64,000 nucleotides of DNA from Octopus sinensis. Taxonomy: Eukaryota. Both the position numbers and the translations under genes were made by a program. Each line of letters opens with the position of its first letter. Position 1 is the first letter of the stretch. Below the pieces are notes generated by a model, which had not been told where the DNA came from, searched no databases, and worked only from the letters and a program-made list of their open reading frames with translations. This document shows, in pieces, positions 1 to 12,453 of the stretch. Location of the stretch: positions 15,500,001-15,564,000 of the forward strand of contig NC_043005.1 in NCBI RefSeq assembly GCF_006345805.1, written 5' to 3'.

Positions 1-146
1 ACTGTGGGGTTAATGAAAGTATCTCTGCAGTTAGGGTCATCATCATCATCGGAACTGGAATTATTAGATGTAGGAGTACTTGTGGCCAACTTGACCCCTT
101 CTTCTTTCAGACAGTCAAGGACTTGGTTCAAGCATTCATGAGCGTC
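1..146 (-). CDS. USP37: USP37-like coding exon 8 (QDAHE box), truncated by window edge
   Basis: ttgtAG acceptor at 147-148, phase 0: DAHECLNQVLDCLKEEGVKLATS..., completing MQ|DAHE of the USP Asp/QDE box. Confidence 0.9.
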
Positions 147-1132
147 CTACAATGTTTAGAAAGAGAAAAAGTTATTTTTTAAACAATTTTGGCTTTCTAA
201 AAAAAAAAAATAAATAAATAAATAAAAACAGAAAAAATGCAGTCAATTGTAGTTATGGGTGTGTGTTATTGTTTAGCCCTAGGTTAATCTTGATTGAGCA
301 GATCTATGACCAAAAGCATTCTAGCCAAGATCATCTCATGTAACATCTAGGACCACAGTATTCAATGTGTCATTCTTTTAAGGAAACAGGCTTTGATAGT
401 TGGCAGAGGAAATTTGGCTGCTGTTTCTAGGAAGTCAAGAGTGAGTCTATGCTTGGGTATGGAAACTATATCAAGACAATTACCCCCCCACCATAGGACA
501 ATTTCCCTGACGACAACTACCCCCACTTCGTTAATTACCCCACTCTCCAATATATTAAAAAGTTTTAAATCATCATCTGTTGTCCTAGAGGGTTTATTGT
601 CCATGGAGGGTAATCTAGACTCATGGAAACATAGTAGCTGTTGAGAGAGAGAAAGAGAGGCAGACAGCATTATCTAAAGAAATTCGTATTGAATTCTTAG
701 ATACAAAGCTATAATTCACCCATGCCACTATTTTTTTTAAATATTACCTTAACTATTAAAGGCAGATTTTCTCTGTGGGTATGTATGTTGAAAATTCATA
801 CATTTACACAATTCCAAATTTAATGGAAGAAAAAATTGGAATTAACATTCTAAATACCATAACTTAGGTCTTAGGGGCATTTTTTCAGTCAAAATAACAC
901 CCCAATTACGAAAAAAAAAAAATCGATAAAACTACATACATAACCATTTTCCCCTCTAATACAATCTAATTTCCTCTTTCTACTACCATTACAAATCATT
1001 TCTACTGCTACTGTCTCTTATGAACGTTTACGAACGATCCAAGAAAAAAGACAGAAAGAAAGGAAAGAGAAAGAGTGAGAGTCAAATAAACAGACAGACT
1101 ACCAATCCTACGTAAATACACACACATATATT

Positions 1133-1478
1133 GGCGCAGGAGTGGCTGTGTGGTAAGTAGCTTGCTTACCAACCACATGGTTTCAGGTTCATTCCCACTG
1201 CATGGCACCTTGGGCAAGTGTCTTCTACTATAGCCTTGGGCCGACCAAAGCCTTGTGAGTGGATTTGGTAGATGGAAACTGAAAGAAGCCTGTTGTATGT
1301 GTGTGTGTGTATTTGTCCCCCAGCCACCATCACTTGGCAACTGATGCTGGGGTGTTTACATCCCCATAACTTAGCAGTTCAGCAATAGAGGCTGATAGAA
1401 TAAGTATTGGGGTTGATTTGCTCGACTGAAGGCTGTGCTCCAGCATGGCCACAGTCAAATGACCGAAACAAAAGAGTA
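1133..1478 (+). mobile_element. tRNA-derived SINE, family A (octopus OK/OR-type)
   Basis: Head GGCGCAGGAGTGGCTGTGTGGTAAG...GGTTCAxTCCC (A/B boxes), ccttgggcaag core, microsatellite, tail ...gactgaaacaagtaaaagagt; at least 13 copies in window. Confidence 0.9.
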
Positions 1479-1726
1479 AGGTGGTGATGTAAAATTAGGC
1501 ATGAATTAAGGTCGACTATGCCAGAACAGTCTATCTAGAGGCCTAACACCTACCCAATTTTCATTCGTAAGGTTTATCTCAATCTGAAGCAACAGCGGAG
1601 GAAGCATTTGCTTTATGTGCTGTGCAGTGGGATTGAACCAAGAACTACATGAATGTGAAGTGAATTTCTTGATTACATGGCTATATTTAGCTAGCTGAAT
1701 CACTTAATAGAATATTGTGTTCCTAT

Positions 1727-2320
1727 CTCTTCTACTTGTTTCAGTCATTTGACTGTGGCCATGCTGGAGCACCACCTTTAGTCAAGCAAATTGAACCCAG
1801 GACTTATTCTTTGTAAGCCTAGTACTTATTCTATCGCTCTCTTTTGCCAAACCGCTAAGTTACTGGGACGTAAACACACCAGCATCGGTTGTCAAGCGAT
1901 GTTGGGGGACAAACATAGTCACACAAAACCACTTTCTTTCAGTTTCCGTCTACCAAATCCAATCACAAGGGTTTGGTCAGCCCGAGGCTATAGTAGAAGA
2001 CACTTGCCCAAGGTGCCACGCAGTAGGACTGAACCTGGGACCATGTTGTTGGTAAGCAATCTACTAACCACACAGCCACTCCTGCACCTGTCAGCCCGAG
2101 GCTATAGTAGAAGACACTTGCCCAAGGTGCCACGCAGTGAGACTGAACCCGGGACCATGTTGTTGGTAAGCAATCTACTAACCACACAGCCACTCCTGCA
2201 CCTGTCAGCTTGAGGCTATAGTAGAAGACACTTGCCCAAGGTGCCACGCAGTGGGACTGAACCCGGGACCATGTTGTTGGTAAGCAATCTACTTACCACA
2301 CAGCCACTCCTGCACCTATG
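1727..2320 (-). mobile_element. SINE family A with head triplicated (3 x 114 bp)
   Basis: Reverse-complement copy; units start at 1976, 2090, 2204. Confidence 0.9.
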
Positions 2321-2477
2321 CACTATGTTAAAAGAAAGTAGGAGGTTGAATAGAACTTAACAACTAGGTAAAAACAGGTGAACTGAGAAACTGGGTTGAA
2401 AATATTGTCTTGTTTCAGTGTTGAAATAAATCACTATACAACTGAAAGAAACAAAGTAGAAAAAAATATGAACTTAC

Positions 2478-2604
2478 CTGCATGTCATTACTTAAGAAAT
2501 GTGTACCAACGGTTGATATAGCTTCTCTCACATTACCTAATAAGGTCACTTTACTAACATCAGATTCACTTTTGGTCTGTGAGATTAACAAATTGGCCAT
2601 GGTA
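2478..2604 (-). CDS. USP37: USP37-like coding exon 7
   Basis: ttgcAG acceptor, CAG|GTAAGT donor. 127 nt, phase 2 to 0: (S)TMANLLISQTKSESDVSKVTLLGNVREAISTVGTHFLSNDMQ. Confidence 0.9.
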
Positions 2605-4019
2605 CTGCAACAGGAATTTAAAATTTAATTTCATGTAAACCCAAAAAGGAATTTTTTTTTTGCAAAACATTATACAATGAAAACTGAACATCATTACTCA
2701 TGGATATATATAAAATATGAAATGGAGGGGTCAGGGTGATACACTTTCTAGAACTGCTGAGAGATAAAATTGTCTACTAATCACTTAGTTCCAAGGAATT
2801 GAGTGAATGGTAGTCAAATCTTTGCTTGCAGAAGATACCAATCTAAGACAGGAAAGTACTTTTAGTAAACAGACTAATTGCAATTTTGCAAGCTGTCAAA
2901 ATGAGGATCTAATTTTACAATGTGGCAACTACTTACAGACGAAAATTTTTTTCTATCCTACAGTACCTCAAATGTACAATATTGTACAATCATTTAGCAA
3001 TTCTTGCATTACTACTTCACTGAATGCAGCATCTAGGATGAAGCCAAAATAAGACTTGAAACATCTGGGGTTATTCAACTTCACCACCTAGAAAAATGCA
3101 AATAAATAACCAGAAACTAATATTGGTTTTATCTCACTAAATATATCTAGCTAGCTTCATTTTTAAACTATGGTCTTGTATAATTTCCAGTCAATGAACA
3201 GCAGTCCTGAAGGGCTTTAGTCAAGTGAATTGACTCCAGTTCTATTTTTAAGTCAGGTAGTTACTCTATCAGTTTCTTTCTTCCTGAACTGCTAAATTAC
3301 AGGGACATGAACAGAGTTGCATCAAGTGGTGGTGAGAGACAAATAGAAACATACACAAAGGACTTCTGCATAGTTTCCACTAACCAAATTCACTCTCAAG
3401 GAACAAGCATTGGTTGGCCCAGAGCTAAAAGCAAAAGACACGGGCTCCATGCTGGTGGACTGAATCCCTGCTAAACCTATTTTCCTACACCAATAAATGT
3501 ATAATCATATACACTCCATTCAAACTCCTGCATGGTCTTCCCCCTCCTTTTTTCTGGATGTGGTGTCCACTCTTTTAATTTGCTAAATTCTTCAGCACCC
3601 AAACATGGAAGAGGAAAACATCAGACTGTGGATGGTGGAGAGAACATGAGGAGGCATTTGTCCAGCAGTGGACCATAAGGCGATAACAACACACATCAGG
3701 CACACCTATTTAGTAATTCTTTTATAGCTACTTTGTCAGGAATGGTGAAATTTATACTTAGCTGATGAGGTCAGAATAAAGTTGAAACATGCCTAAAGTA
3801 TATTTCTGTGTTTGTTTCCTACAAAGAAAATATTAACCATTAACTAATATTTCTCCCCTACCTCAATCCTAATTAGCTTTTTAGAGGTCTTATTAAATAT
3901 GTCAACACCAGCTAGGCAATTTGATAGTTATACTATTTTTTGTCATAGACATAATATATTGAGAGGATACAAGCCACAAATTTTTTAACTGGTCAACCAG
4001 TACCTAACCAGCCAACTAG

Positions 4020-4235
4020 TAGCTAGGATGTTGAATTCATGATCCTAAGATTGTGGTTTCAATACCTTGACTGGGCAACACGTTGTGTTCTTGAGCAAAA
4101 CACTTAATTCCACATTGCTCCAGTCCACTCAGCTGGCAAAAATGATTATGGACCAATGTCCCATCCAGGTGGAGAATATTTAAGCCATGGAAACCAGGAA
4201 ACTGGCCCTTACAAGTCAGCAAAACTCAAGAAGGT
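4020..4235 (+). mobile_element. Old CORE-type SINE
   Basis: gttgtgttcttgagcaaaacactt...cactcagctggcaaaaatg core-like block. Confidence 0.55.
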
Positions 4236-4706
4236 AACTAACTTTTTTTTCACCCAGCCAACTCAACATTCTAGGGGAAGGGATTGCCCAAATGACTAAA
4301 CTAACTAAAGTGCATTATCACAAATAGTTCTATTAATCCTGGCCAGATTTGAACTCAGACGAGACAAACGAGAGCTAGAACTCAAAACACCAGAGTACTT
4401 GATCCAGCAGTAAGCTAATGCCAATTCGCCATCGTTAACCGTTTTTTTTACCATTATCTGTTAAAATACCCTGTTTTGTTCCAAATAACTTTAAAAACAA
4501 TGAAGTATTTAGTAAAACAATTTTATCTATATTAAGCAGATGTTTCAAACATAAACATGAAATTTTGTGGGTAGATTTTAATTTGAATCAAGCAAAGAAT
4601 AAGAAATTAATCTGAACAGAATTATCACACCCCAATATCAACAGCACAAATACAAGGGGAAAAGCTTTCAGTGCATTACAGCATGTAACATTTAAATCAA
4701 TCTATA

Positions 4707-5110
4707 GGCGCAGGAGTGGCTGTGTGGTAAGTAGCTTGCTTACCAACCACATGGTTCCGGGTTCAGTCCCACTGCGTGGCATCTTGGGCAAGTGTCTTCT
4801 GCTATAGCCCCGGGACCGACCAATGCCTTGTGAGTGGATTTGGTAGACGGAAACTGAAAGAAGCTCGTCGTATATATGTATATATATATATGTGTGTGTG
4901 GGGGGGTTTCTGTGTCTGTGTTTGTCCCCCTAGCATTGCTTGACAACCGATGCTGGTGTGTTTACGTCCCCGTCACTTAGCGGTTCGGCAAAAGAGACCG
5001 ATAGAATAAGTACTGGGCTTACAAAGAATAAGTCCCGGGGTCGATTTGCTCGACTAAAGGCGGTGCTCCAGCATGGCCGCAGTCAAATGACTGAAACAAG
5101 TAAAAGAGTA
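4707..5110 (+). mobile_element. SINE family A, full length, near consensus
   Basis: Complete head, (TA)/(TG) middle and tail. Confidence 0.92.
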
Positions 5111-5827
5111 AAAGTAAAGAGTACATTAGAAAGCATTAGTACCTTAGATAAAGCAGAAAACATTAATTTGTAGTGTCAACGAATCAGTTGGTACTGGTGA
5201 TCATCTTGATTAAAATAAGGCTGTAGCAGTGAGCATGAGGGTCAAAACTAGCTTATAGGAAGTCCAACATCACATACAGGACCTAGGGTGACTTTTTTGA
5301 GATTTTATCTGGGAGTGGGGGATGTATCATATACCAGAGGTTCTCAATGTAAGTGGTACTATACCCAAAGAGACATTGGGCATGTTGAAGGGAATAGTGA
5401 AGTAATTAACATATATTTTACCTATAGTAGTAATTATATTATACATGATAAAACCAGTAATGGTTATCAAAATGAAATGAAATCTCATCAGGCACAAGGA
5501 AGTCATTATCTTGCAATGTATAAAATAAATTTCAACTTTTGTCTTTACTAATTTTCTCTCGTTTCACTGTTAAAAACTTATACAATCCAATTTTAGAGTA
5601 AAAAATTTTAAATTATCATTCACATTAAGTTAGTCTAGCTGTGATACCTCACTTGTGACTTAGGTGGGTGCTACAAAAAAAAAAAAAAAAAAAAGATTAA
5701 GAACTACTGCCGTGATCATCATCATTTAACATCCGTTTTCCATGCTGGCATGGGTTGGATGGTTTAACAGGAGCTGGCCATATGTGTATACACACACAGG
5801 TTCACAGACAATATTCTTTCTTATTAC

Positions 5828-6263
5828 AAATATATAAAAGTAACCCATGCTAGCATGGAAAACAGACGCTAAATGATGATGATGAGGTTGTGTGGTGTCT
5901 GTCTCCTACGATTTAGATTCCTAACTACTCCCACATTTTGCAGTGCAGTTTAACCAAAAGCGGGTATCTTATAGTCGTGATTCATATCGAGCCCTTCTGG
6001 GTATTAGCGCGCATCTACGATGAGTCAACGATTTAAAAAAAATTTACCATCAATGTTTCCCATTTTTAATGAATTTTTGGCATATATAAGGGAAGTAACT
6101 CTCTAAAAATTTATTATTAAATCTCAGAACGTAAAAAGCTACAGTAACACCCCACCCCTTTGTGGTTAGCCATATTGAGATGGCTATTATACTTTACATC
6201 TCTAAAAATGCTTATATAGTTATTTCCCTTACAAACCCGAGCAACGCCGGGTGATACTGCTAG
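5828..6263 (+). mobile_element. Non-autonomous Helitron-like element
   Basis: 3' hairpin CCCGAGCAACGCCGGG (6236-51) followed by CTAG|T; 5' end interrupted by an RTE tail (5842-5885). Confidence 0.75.
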
Positions 6264-6300
6264 TTACAAATAAAAGGTAGATGCAGAAAAAGTCGGTTAC

Positions 6301-6432
6301 CTGTGCAAAGAACTGGGGTTTACTTTTGATACTTTACAGTTAATAAATAACAACTCTGTGGCAAAAGTCTCTAGACTAAAAAGAGACTGCAGGATTGCAT
6401 TTAAATAACAGGTGTTGCCCATATTGGTGAGT
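6301..6432 (-). CDS. USP37: USP37-like coding exon 6, catalytic Cys box
   Basis: Long polypyrimidine acceptor ...ctccccAG, donor AG|GTAACC. (G)LTNMGNTCYLNAILQSLFSLETFATELL is the USP Cys box with the USP26/29/37-type NAILQSLFSL. Confidence 0.93.
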
Positions 6433-6614
6433 CTGGGGAGAATAAGAGAAAGAAAAAAGAAATGAATGCATGAGAACATGTAAGCATTTACAAAGGCAAA
6501 GGATAAATTAAAATAATTTGAAAGGTGGAACAAAATGTAAATAAATTTATCAGTAAATCGGCTTATCTAAATTCATGGCAATAGTACATTTGGGTTATTT
6601 CCCTTAGCTCATGA

Positions 6615-6717
6615 TTGATAGATATAGATAAATATATATATATATATATAGATATAGATATATATATATATATATACAGATACATATATATATAGATACA
6701 TATAGACAGAAATAGAT

Positions 6718-6750
<33 letters not shown>

Positions 6751-6760
6751 TAGATAGCTA
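6615..6760. repeat. (TA)n/(TAGA)n compound microsatellite
   Basis: Direct reading. Confidence 0.95.
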
Positions 6761-7416
6761 AGTATACCAGTTGAATGACCCTGCATTGCTGGGGTTACTG
6801 CTGTTCTTATTCAGATTAGTAAATAATAAATATAAAGATATGTTCTTAAAATTATTTCCAAATATCTATATTTTATTTTAAAATATCCAAATTGTAATGA
6901 TAATAGAATTTCAAACAGAAAATATGTTGATGTTGAAGTACCTCAGGGTAAACAATATTCATTGAGAAATTTTTTTGTTGGTGTTGAAATGAATAAATTG
7001 TTGCTGCTTCCAAGTCACGGAGAGAAGCATGTAGTAGAGAGAGAGATCAAGTCCAACTACCCTGAGGGATTGGCCCTGAGATTTCTTAATTGAAATATCA
7101 AAACTTAGTCTAACTGGAAACTAAAGCGTCTTAAATTCAAATGGAGCATCTGTAGGTACGAGAGGAATTTTGGGAATAAAGACATTTCCTCCTTTGTGAC
7201 TACCTGTTATGATTGTTGCTTGTAAGACATGAAGCTTCATGGAAGTAACAATTAAGCAAGTTCAATTACACAGGCGAGATGGGTCAAGATTCCTAAGCAA
7301 CATAATGGAAGCATCCAGTTTTAGTGTCAAGTTATGTGGTGTCAGTCACCACAAAAATGTATGTATTCACACACACACATATATCATCACATACATTCAC
7401 ACGTTAAATTTTTGTA

Positions 7417-7740
7417 AGCGTAGGAGTGGCTGTGTGGTAAGTAGCTTGCTTACGAACCACATGGTTCCAGGTTCAGTCCCACTGCGTGGCACCTTGGGCA
7501 AGTGTCTTCTACTATAGTCTCAGGCCGACCAAAGCCTTGTGAGTGGATTTGGTAGACAGAAACTGAAAGAAGCCCATCATATATATATATGTTTGTACCC
7601 CACCAACATCGCTTGACAACCAGAGATCAATAGAATAAGTACTAGGCTTACAAAGAATAAGTCCAGGAGTCGATTTGCTCAACTAAAGTCGGTGTTCCAG
7701 CACGGCCACAGTCAAATGACTGAAACAAGTAAAAGAGTAA
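7417..7740 (+). mobile_element. SINE family A
   Basis: Head and tail match family, internal deletion. Confidence 0.88.
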
Positions 7741-7899
7741 TGCAAATATGCAAATGAAAATAAAGTTTATTTGGTAGCCGAAAGATTACTGAATCTTTTG
7801 ATACCCCATACGTCAAAATCAGCAACTAAGTTTTTAGATGCATAAGGAACATACGTGTGCGCACACACAAACTCTGCTTTATATATTAAGAAAGTACTT

Positions 7900-8142
7900 A
7901 TTATTATTGTCACTTTTGATTTTTTAAAACTTGGTATTTATCTTGTCAGTCTCTTTTTCTGAACTGCTAGGTAACAGGGATGTAAACCCTTCAGCACCAG
8001 CTGTCAAGTGGTGGTGGACAAATACAAAGCCATACACAAGGCTTGGTCACCTTACAGCTATAGTAGGAGACACTTGCCCAAGGCGCCACAGTGGGACTGA
8101 ACCTGGAACCATGGGGTTGGAAAGCAAACTTCTTACCACGCA
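7900..8142 (-). mobile_element. SINE family A, diverged
   Basis: gacacttgcccaagg...gggactgaacc match in reverse orientation. Confidence 0.7.
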
Positions 8143-8389
8143 AGAAAAATTTTTCGAGAGGTGAAGGGATGAATTATACAAGATAATTTCAAATACCTAA
8201 GCCCTTCTCCCACTTGAAATTCTAATAAATATATACATGAAATTCCCTGCAACATTGGCAGAATGATAGTCCCAAATGCAAAAAAGAAGAATTATAAACA
8301 AAAAGAACAAATCTGGAATGAAAATTGCCATCCCTTATTAAGGTAAAGTGAAGGATAAAGTTAAAGAGCAAAATATAAACTTCAATTAC

Positions 8390-8524
8390 CCTCTTAAAGC
8401 AAGTTTTGGCAAGGGGTAAATGGCTGGTGCTGGAGGACTTTCTACCTTCTGTGGTTGAGAATTTGTTGACGAGTCCACCAAAAGCCGTGCTCGTTTAACA
8501 GGTGTTGTTTCACATCTTTTCATC
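8390..8524 (-). CDS. USP37: USP37-like coding exon 5
   Basis: tttttctctgtAG acceptor, GG|GTAATT donor. 135 nt, phase 2 to 2: MKRCETTPVKRARLLVDSS...PKLALR(G), leading in frame into the Cys box. Confidence 0.85.
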
Positions 8525-9490
8525 CTACAGAGAAAAAGAATGGTCAGTCAATAATATAATGTAATACCATTGTAAACACTTTTTTTTTTAAAAGTTAATA
8601 TCTATCTTAAACATCTTGAATATATGAAAAAAATTGTTGAATTAATTAGAGAAACAAAATAGGCAGGTAAACAATTTTTTTAAACCAACATCTGAATTTT
8701 AACAGGCAGAAAATTTCTCCAGTTTTGGTTGGTATTCATGAGAAACATACTTGATTAATGCTTGTTTTAATTAAAAATAAAAAATAAAAAAAGATTCAGG
8801 CTACTGTGGCTGTAAAGAAAGCCCTACACTGTTTTTGCACTGTTATCTAAAGTAAACAAATATAGCTTCTATAATTCCAGCAGTTGAGGACAACAATAAT
8901 AATCCTTTTCTACTAAAGGGACAAGGCCAGAAATTTTGATGGTGTGCTAGTTGATTACATCAGTCCAGAGTTCTACTGGTACTTATTTTATTAACCTCTT
9001 AAGAATGAGAGGCAAAGCCAACCTCAGCTGAAATTGAATTCTTGAGTGACATCAAGTCATAAAACCCTCAAGCAAACACTGCACTGAAAAGTCAACAAGA
9101 TAATTTCTACATGGTCATTCAACTTGTAAGAAATAACACCTAAGTCACCTTCAAATCACACTCAACCATCTTACAAAAGAATGACACATTGAAATGGTGT
9201 AATATGCAAGCATCCAGGCCATGTCATCATCTGAGGCTAGTCTCTTCCCTCCCTCCAATCTATCCAAATCCCTGACAAAGATCATGGATGTTTAATTAAG
9301 CCGGAAGGGTAGTGCCCATGACTTTTCAGATTTCCAAAACTTGTAGGAGGTTAGGAAAGTATCCTCAAAAAGGAGACTGAATGTTTGTAACAGACTGGAC
9401 TCTACTGAAAGTCAGCAGAATTGGGTGTCTTCTCAGGCACATAACACAATGGCAGTAGTAAGATTTGAACTCATGATCATAATATCTATA

Positions 9491-9722
9491 TATTTCTTTA
9501 CTACCCACAAGGGGCTAAACACAGAGGGGACAAACAAGGACAGACAAAGGAATAAAGTCGATTACATCGACCCCAGTGCGAAACTGGTACTTTATTTATC
9601 GACCCCGAAAGGATGAAAGGCAAAGTCAACCTCGGCGGAATTTGAACTCAGAACGTAACGATAGACGAAATACTGCTAGGCATTTTGCCCGGCGTGCTAA
9701 CGATTCTGCCAGTTTGCCGCCT
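9491..9722 (-). mobile_element. tRNA-derived SINE, family B (core gcctttcatcctttcggggtcgataaattaagtacc, Meta/MESC-like by recollection)
   Basis: Head GGCGGCGAGCTGGCAGAA..GAGTTCAAATTCC plus conserved core; several copies in window. Confidence 0.85.
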
Positions 9723-10110
9723 TAATATCTATAACTGAGCATTCCATGCCAAACTGAATATTTCCAATGAACCAAATAAAGAAGAAAGAAAATGACAGTT
9801 ACCCCAGCACTCGTTTTACACTAGCTCCACATGAAGATTTATTCTTGTTATAGAAATTGTTTTTTCCAAGAGATAAAATATTTTGCATTTTCTCATTTGC
9901 ACATGCAAGGAAGTTATCCCCATTGGTTGTTGGTGAAGTTGGGGATCTGGAAAAAAAGTAAAAGAATCTTTAATAACCTATTTTTTCATCTTTACATAAA
10001 ATCTGACATCCTCACCCATTCCATTCTTTTTAAAGGATATTGAGAAAATATCATCTTAACCCTTTTGTTACCAACCCGGCTGAAAGCGGCTCTGGCTCTG
10101 TAGTACAAAT

Positions 10111-10563
10111 TCTTCTTCTTCTTCTTCTTACAGCATTCACCCGGGGTGGGTTGAGCTGGCTTCATTCATCCTCAATGCTGCATCTCTCACATTGGGCAGA
10201 GGAACTCTTGAGAGTCAACGGCCATCCAATAAATGTGTAATTATATATCACCTCATTGTAGTAAGGGGGCGAAACGGGAGTGTCAGAGCTATGCTGTCGG
10301 AGACTACGGTTTCTGGTAGGGCCACCCAAGGCGGATTGTTCTGACACCCAGCGGTATCAGGGCAGCACCCGGCTAACAGGGCTCTGGTGAACAGAAGCGT
10401 CTGATCCGGCAACTGGTGGCTTCAACCCGTCCTGTCCCTGCGTCTGCGGAAAATCTACGGCAAACAAGACGTTCTCCCAACAGGGATATACTTGCGGCTG
10501 GGGACCGCTAGCGAACTTCCTATTCCCAAGATCCTTCAAATATTCCTCACGTATATCGCACCT
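10111..10563. mobile_element. Young GC-rich retroposon insertion (RTE-like) with 14-bp TSD and internal inversion
   Basis: TSD tctgtagtacaaat at 10097-10110 and 10564-10577; (GAA)n tail on minus strand; plus-strand part resembles RTE 5'UTR (agctatg...gggccacccaaggcgga). Confidence 0.7.
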
Positions 10564-10651
10564 TCTGTAGTACAAATGTCTCGTTTTCATAAGTTTTGAA
10601 TTAAAATCTTCCACCAAACCGTAGCCACAATTTATGTTCCTAACACCTAGC

Positions 10652-10879
10652 TTAACCCTTTAGTGTTTAAACCGGCCATATCTGGCCCAGATATTCTACA
10701 TGTTTTATATTCAAACTGGCGATATCTAGCCTCTCACACCTAACCTACAATGTCATTTTAAAAATAAACAATCACATCATTGAAACCTCAAAGCTAGAAG
10801 ATAATGCATGATTAATTCAAAACAATTTGAGTGAAAAAGTACTACATTTAACAGAGTAATCTGAACACTAAAGGGTTAA
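10652..10879. mobile_element. TTAA MITE family 2
   Basis: TIR CCCTTTAGTGTT/AACACTAAAGGG, TTAA TSD. Confidence 0.9.
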
Positions 10880-12246
10880 TGATAACCAAGTTATTTTACT
10901 AAAATCTTTGTTATATTTAAAACAATTGAAAGAAACACAGAGCATCTCAACAGAAATATGGTAACAAAAGGGTTAAAGGATATTGAGAAAATATCATCAC
11001 AAAAAAGATGCATTCCTTATGGAATCAACCCCAGTATATTATTAGTACCTATGGAATCTAACACAGCTTCTAAATTGTTGCTCAAACATCAAGAAATAGT
11101 AGCCAAATCTCCCTCATGAATGATAGACCACAGGTCAACCTGACCCACAGCACTACACTGTGTGGCTATGCTGGAGTGCTATACTACATAACAGACAAGA
11201 AATTGTTATGCTGTGGAGCCATTCTACAATACTACATTGTCTGGCTGTGCATCTGCACTACACCACAGTTGCTGTTTCCCCCCCACCACCACCACCCCAA
11301 CCGCCAATCAAAATTACTGAATGGTAAAGTGAAAGTAACAAATATATTGAAAGTAGAGCCCTGAAATTGGATCCCAATCAATTTTGATATTCAACATACA
11401 TGTGCCACTCTCTCTCTCTCTCCCAACACAAACATGGCCAAATATGCCAACTATTTTGGTTCAATCTCAGTGCATGGCACTTTAAACAAGTATCTACATC
11501 TTAGATTAATCCAGGTTTTCTAAGTGAAATTGAGTCCATGGAAATTGGGTGGAAGCTCATCATTATTGTTACAAGATACAATACTCAGCTAGTAGCACTA
11601 TAATACAAGTTGCACTGTACATATAATTCTAAGATTCATCCATCCTGAGAATAGTGTTGCATTGAGTCTGTCTGAAGGTTACATTAAAGATAAAATGTCT
11701 GTGGAATACTCAACCACTTTAACTAATACAATGAGTAAAGTAGTTCTATGAACTGAATAACTGAAACACTCAAAACTAACAAGGAATCCATTAATTTCAT
11801 AGTTAATACTTATCACAATGAACCAGTCAGTGACTTGTTAAATCTTTCTTTCAGATCAAATGTCCAATAATGCTCATGTTCACTGATCATAATAATGAGA
11901 GATTATTCATAACAGGGTTTTTGTGCTTATCTTTACATGATACCTAGACAAGATAGCTTCATGCAGTCAATGGTTTTCTTAGGGTCACATACAAGTTTGT
12001 CTATGTAGTTTCCAAGATTGATTTCTTTTCTAGATTTTCATTTTTTAAATTTCTCAAAATTGCATTTCCTTTATTACCACCTTATGAATATGCTACTTTT
12101 CCCCCAACCAAAATAAAGGAAATTAGCAAAAATTAAAAAAAAATTTTTTTTAAAAGTTATTCCTAATAATGATTATTTATTTTAAAAAATCAAAATATCT
12201 CTTAATCAAACAATTTCATGCAAAGTATAACCACAAATTTATTTAC

Positions 12247-12357
12247 TTTGAAAGACACACGGGGGATTCTTTAGTTCCTTCTTCAAACTGCTTAACTTCT
12301 TTCTTCCGTACCATTTTGGATTTCAATGTATTATCAAGTTTTGAGTTTTCTTTACCA
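12247..12357 (-). CDS. USP37: USP37-like coding exon 4 (KEN-motif linker)
   Basis: tttgcAG acceptor, AA|GTAAAT donor. 111 nt, phase 2 to 2: GKENSKLDNTLKSKMVRKKEVKQFEEGTKESPVCLS(K). Confidence 0.8.
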
Positions 12358-12453
12358 CTGCAAACAAATAATATCAATATTTCAAAATTTAACAACTCAT
12401 TTTTAGAGGTGAACAAAAGTTCATTGTTTATATCTACATTGATTTGATTTATG

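Larger units (their letters stand above)
10056..10976. mobile_element. TTAA MITE family 1 (piggyBac-like) with two nested insertions
   Basis: TTAA|CCCTTTTGTTAC...GTAACAAAAGGG|TTAA. Confidence 0.9.

Noticed and set aside
6604-6786. ORFs over microsatellites (also 53352-53737, 54803-55015, 55697-55971)
   Set aside because: Products are YI/CV/poly-I repeats from simple sequence.
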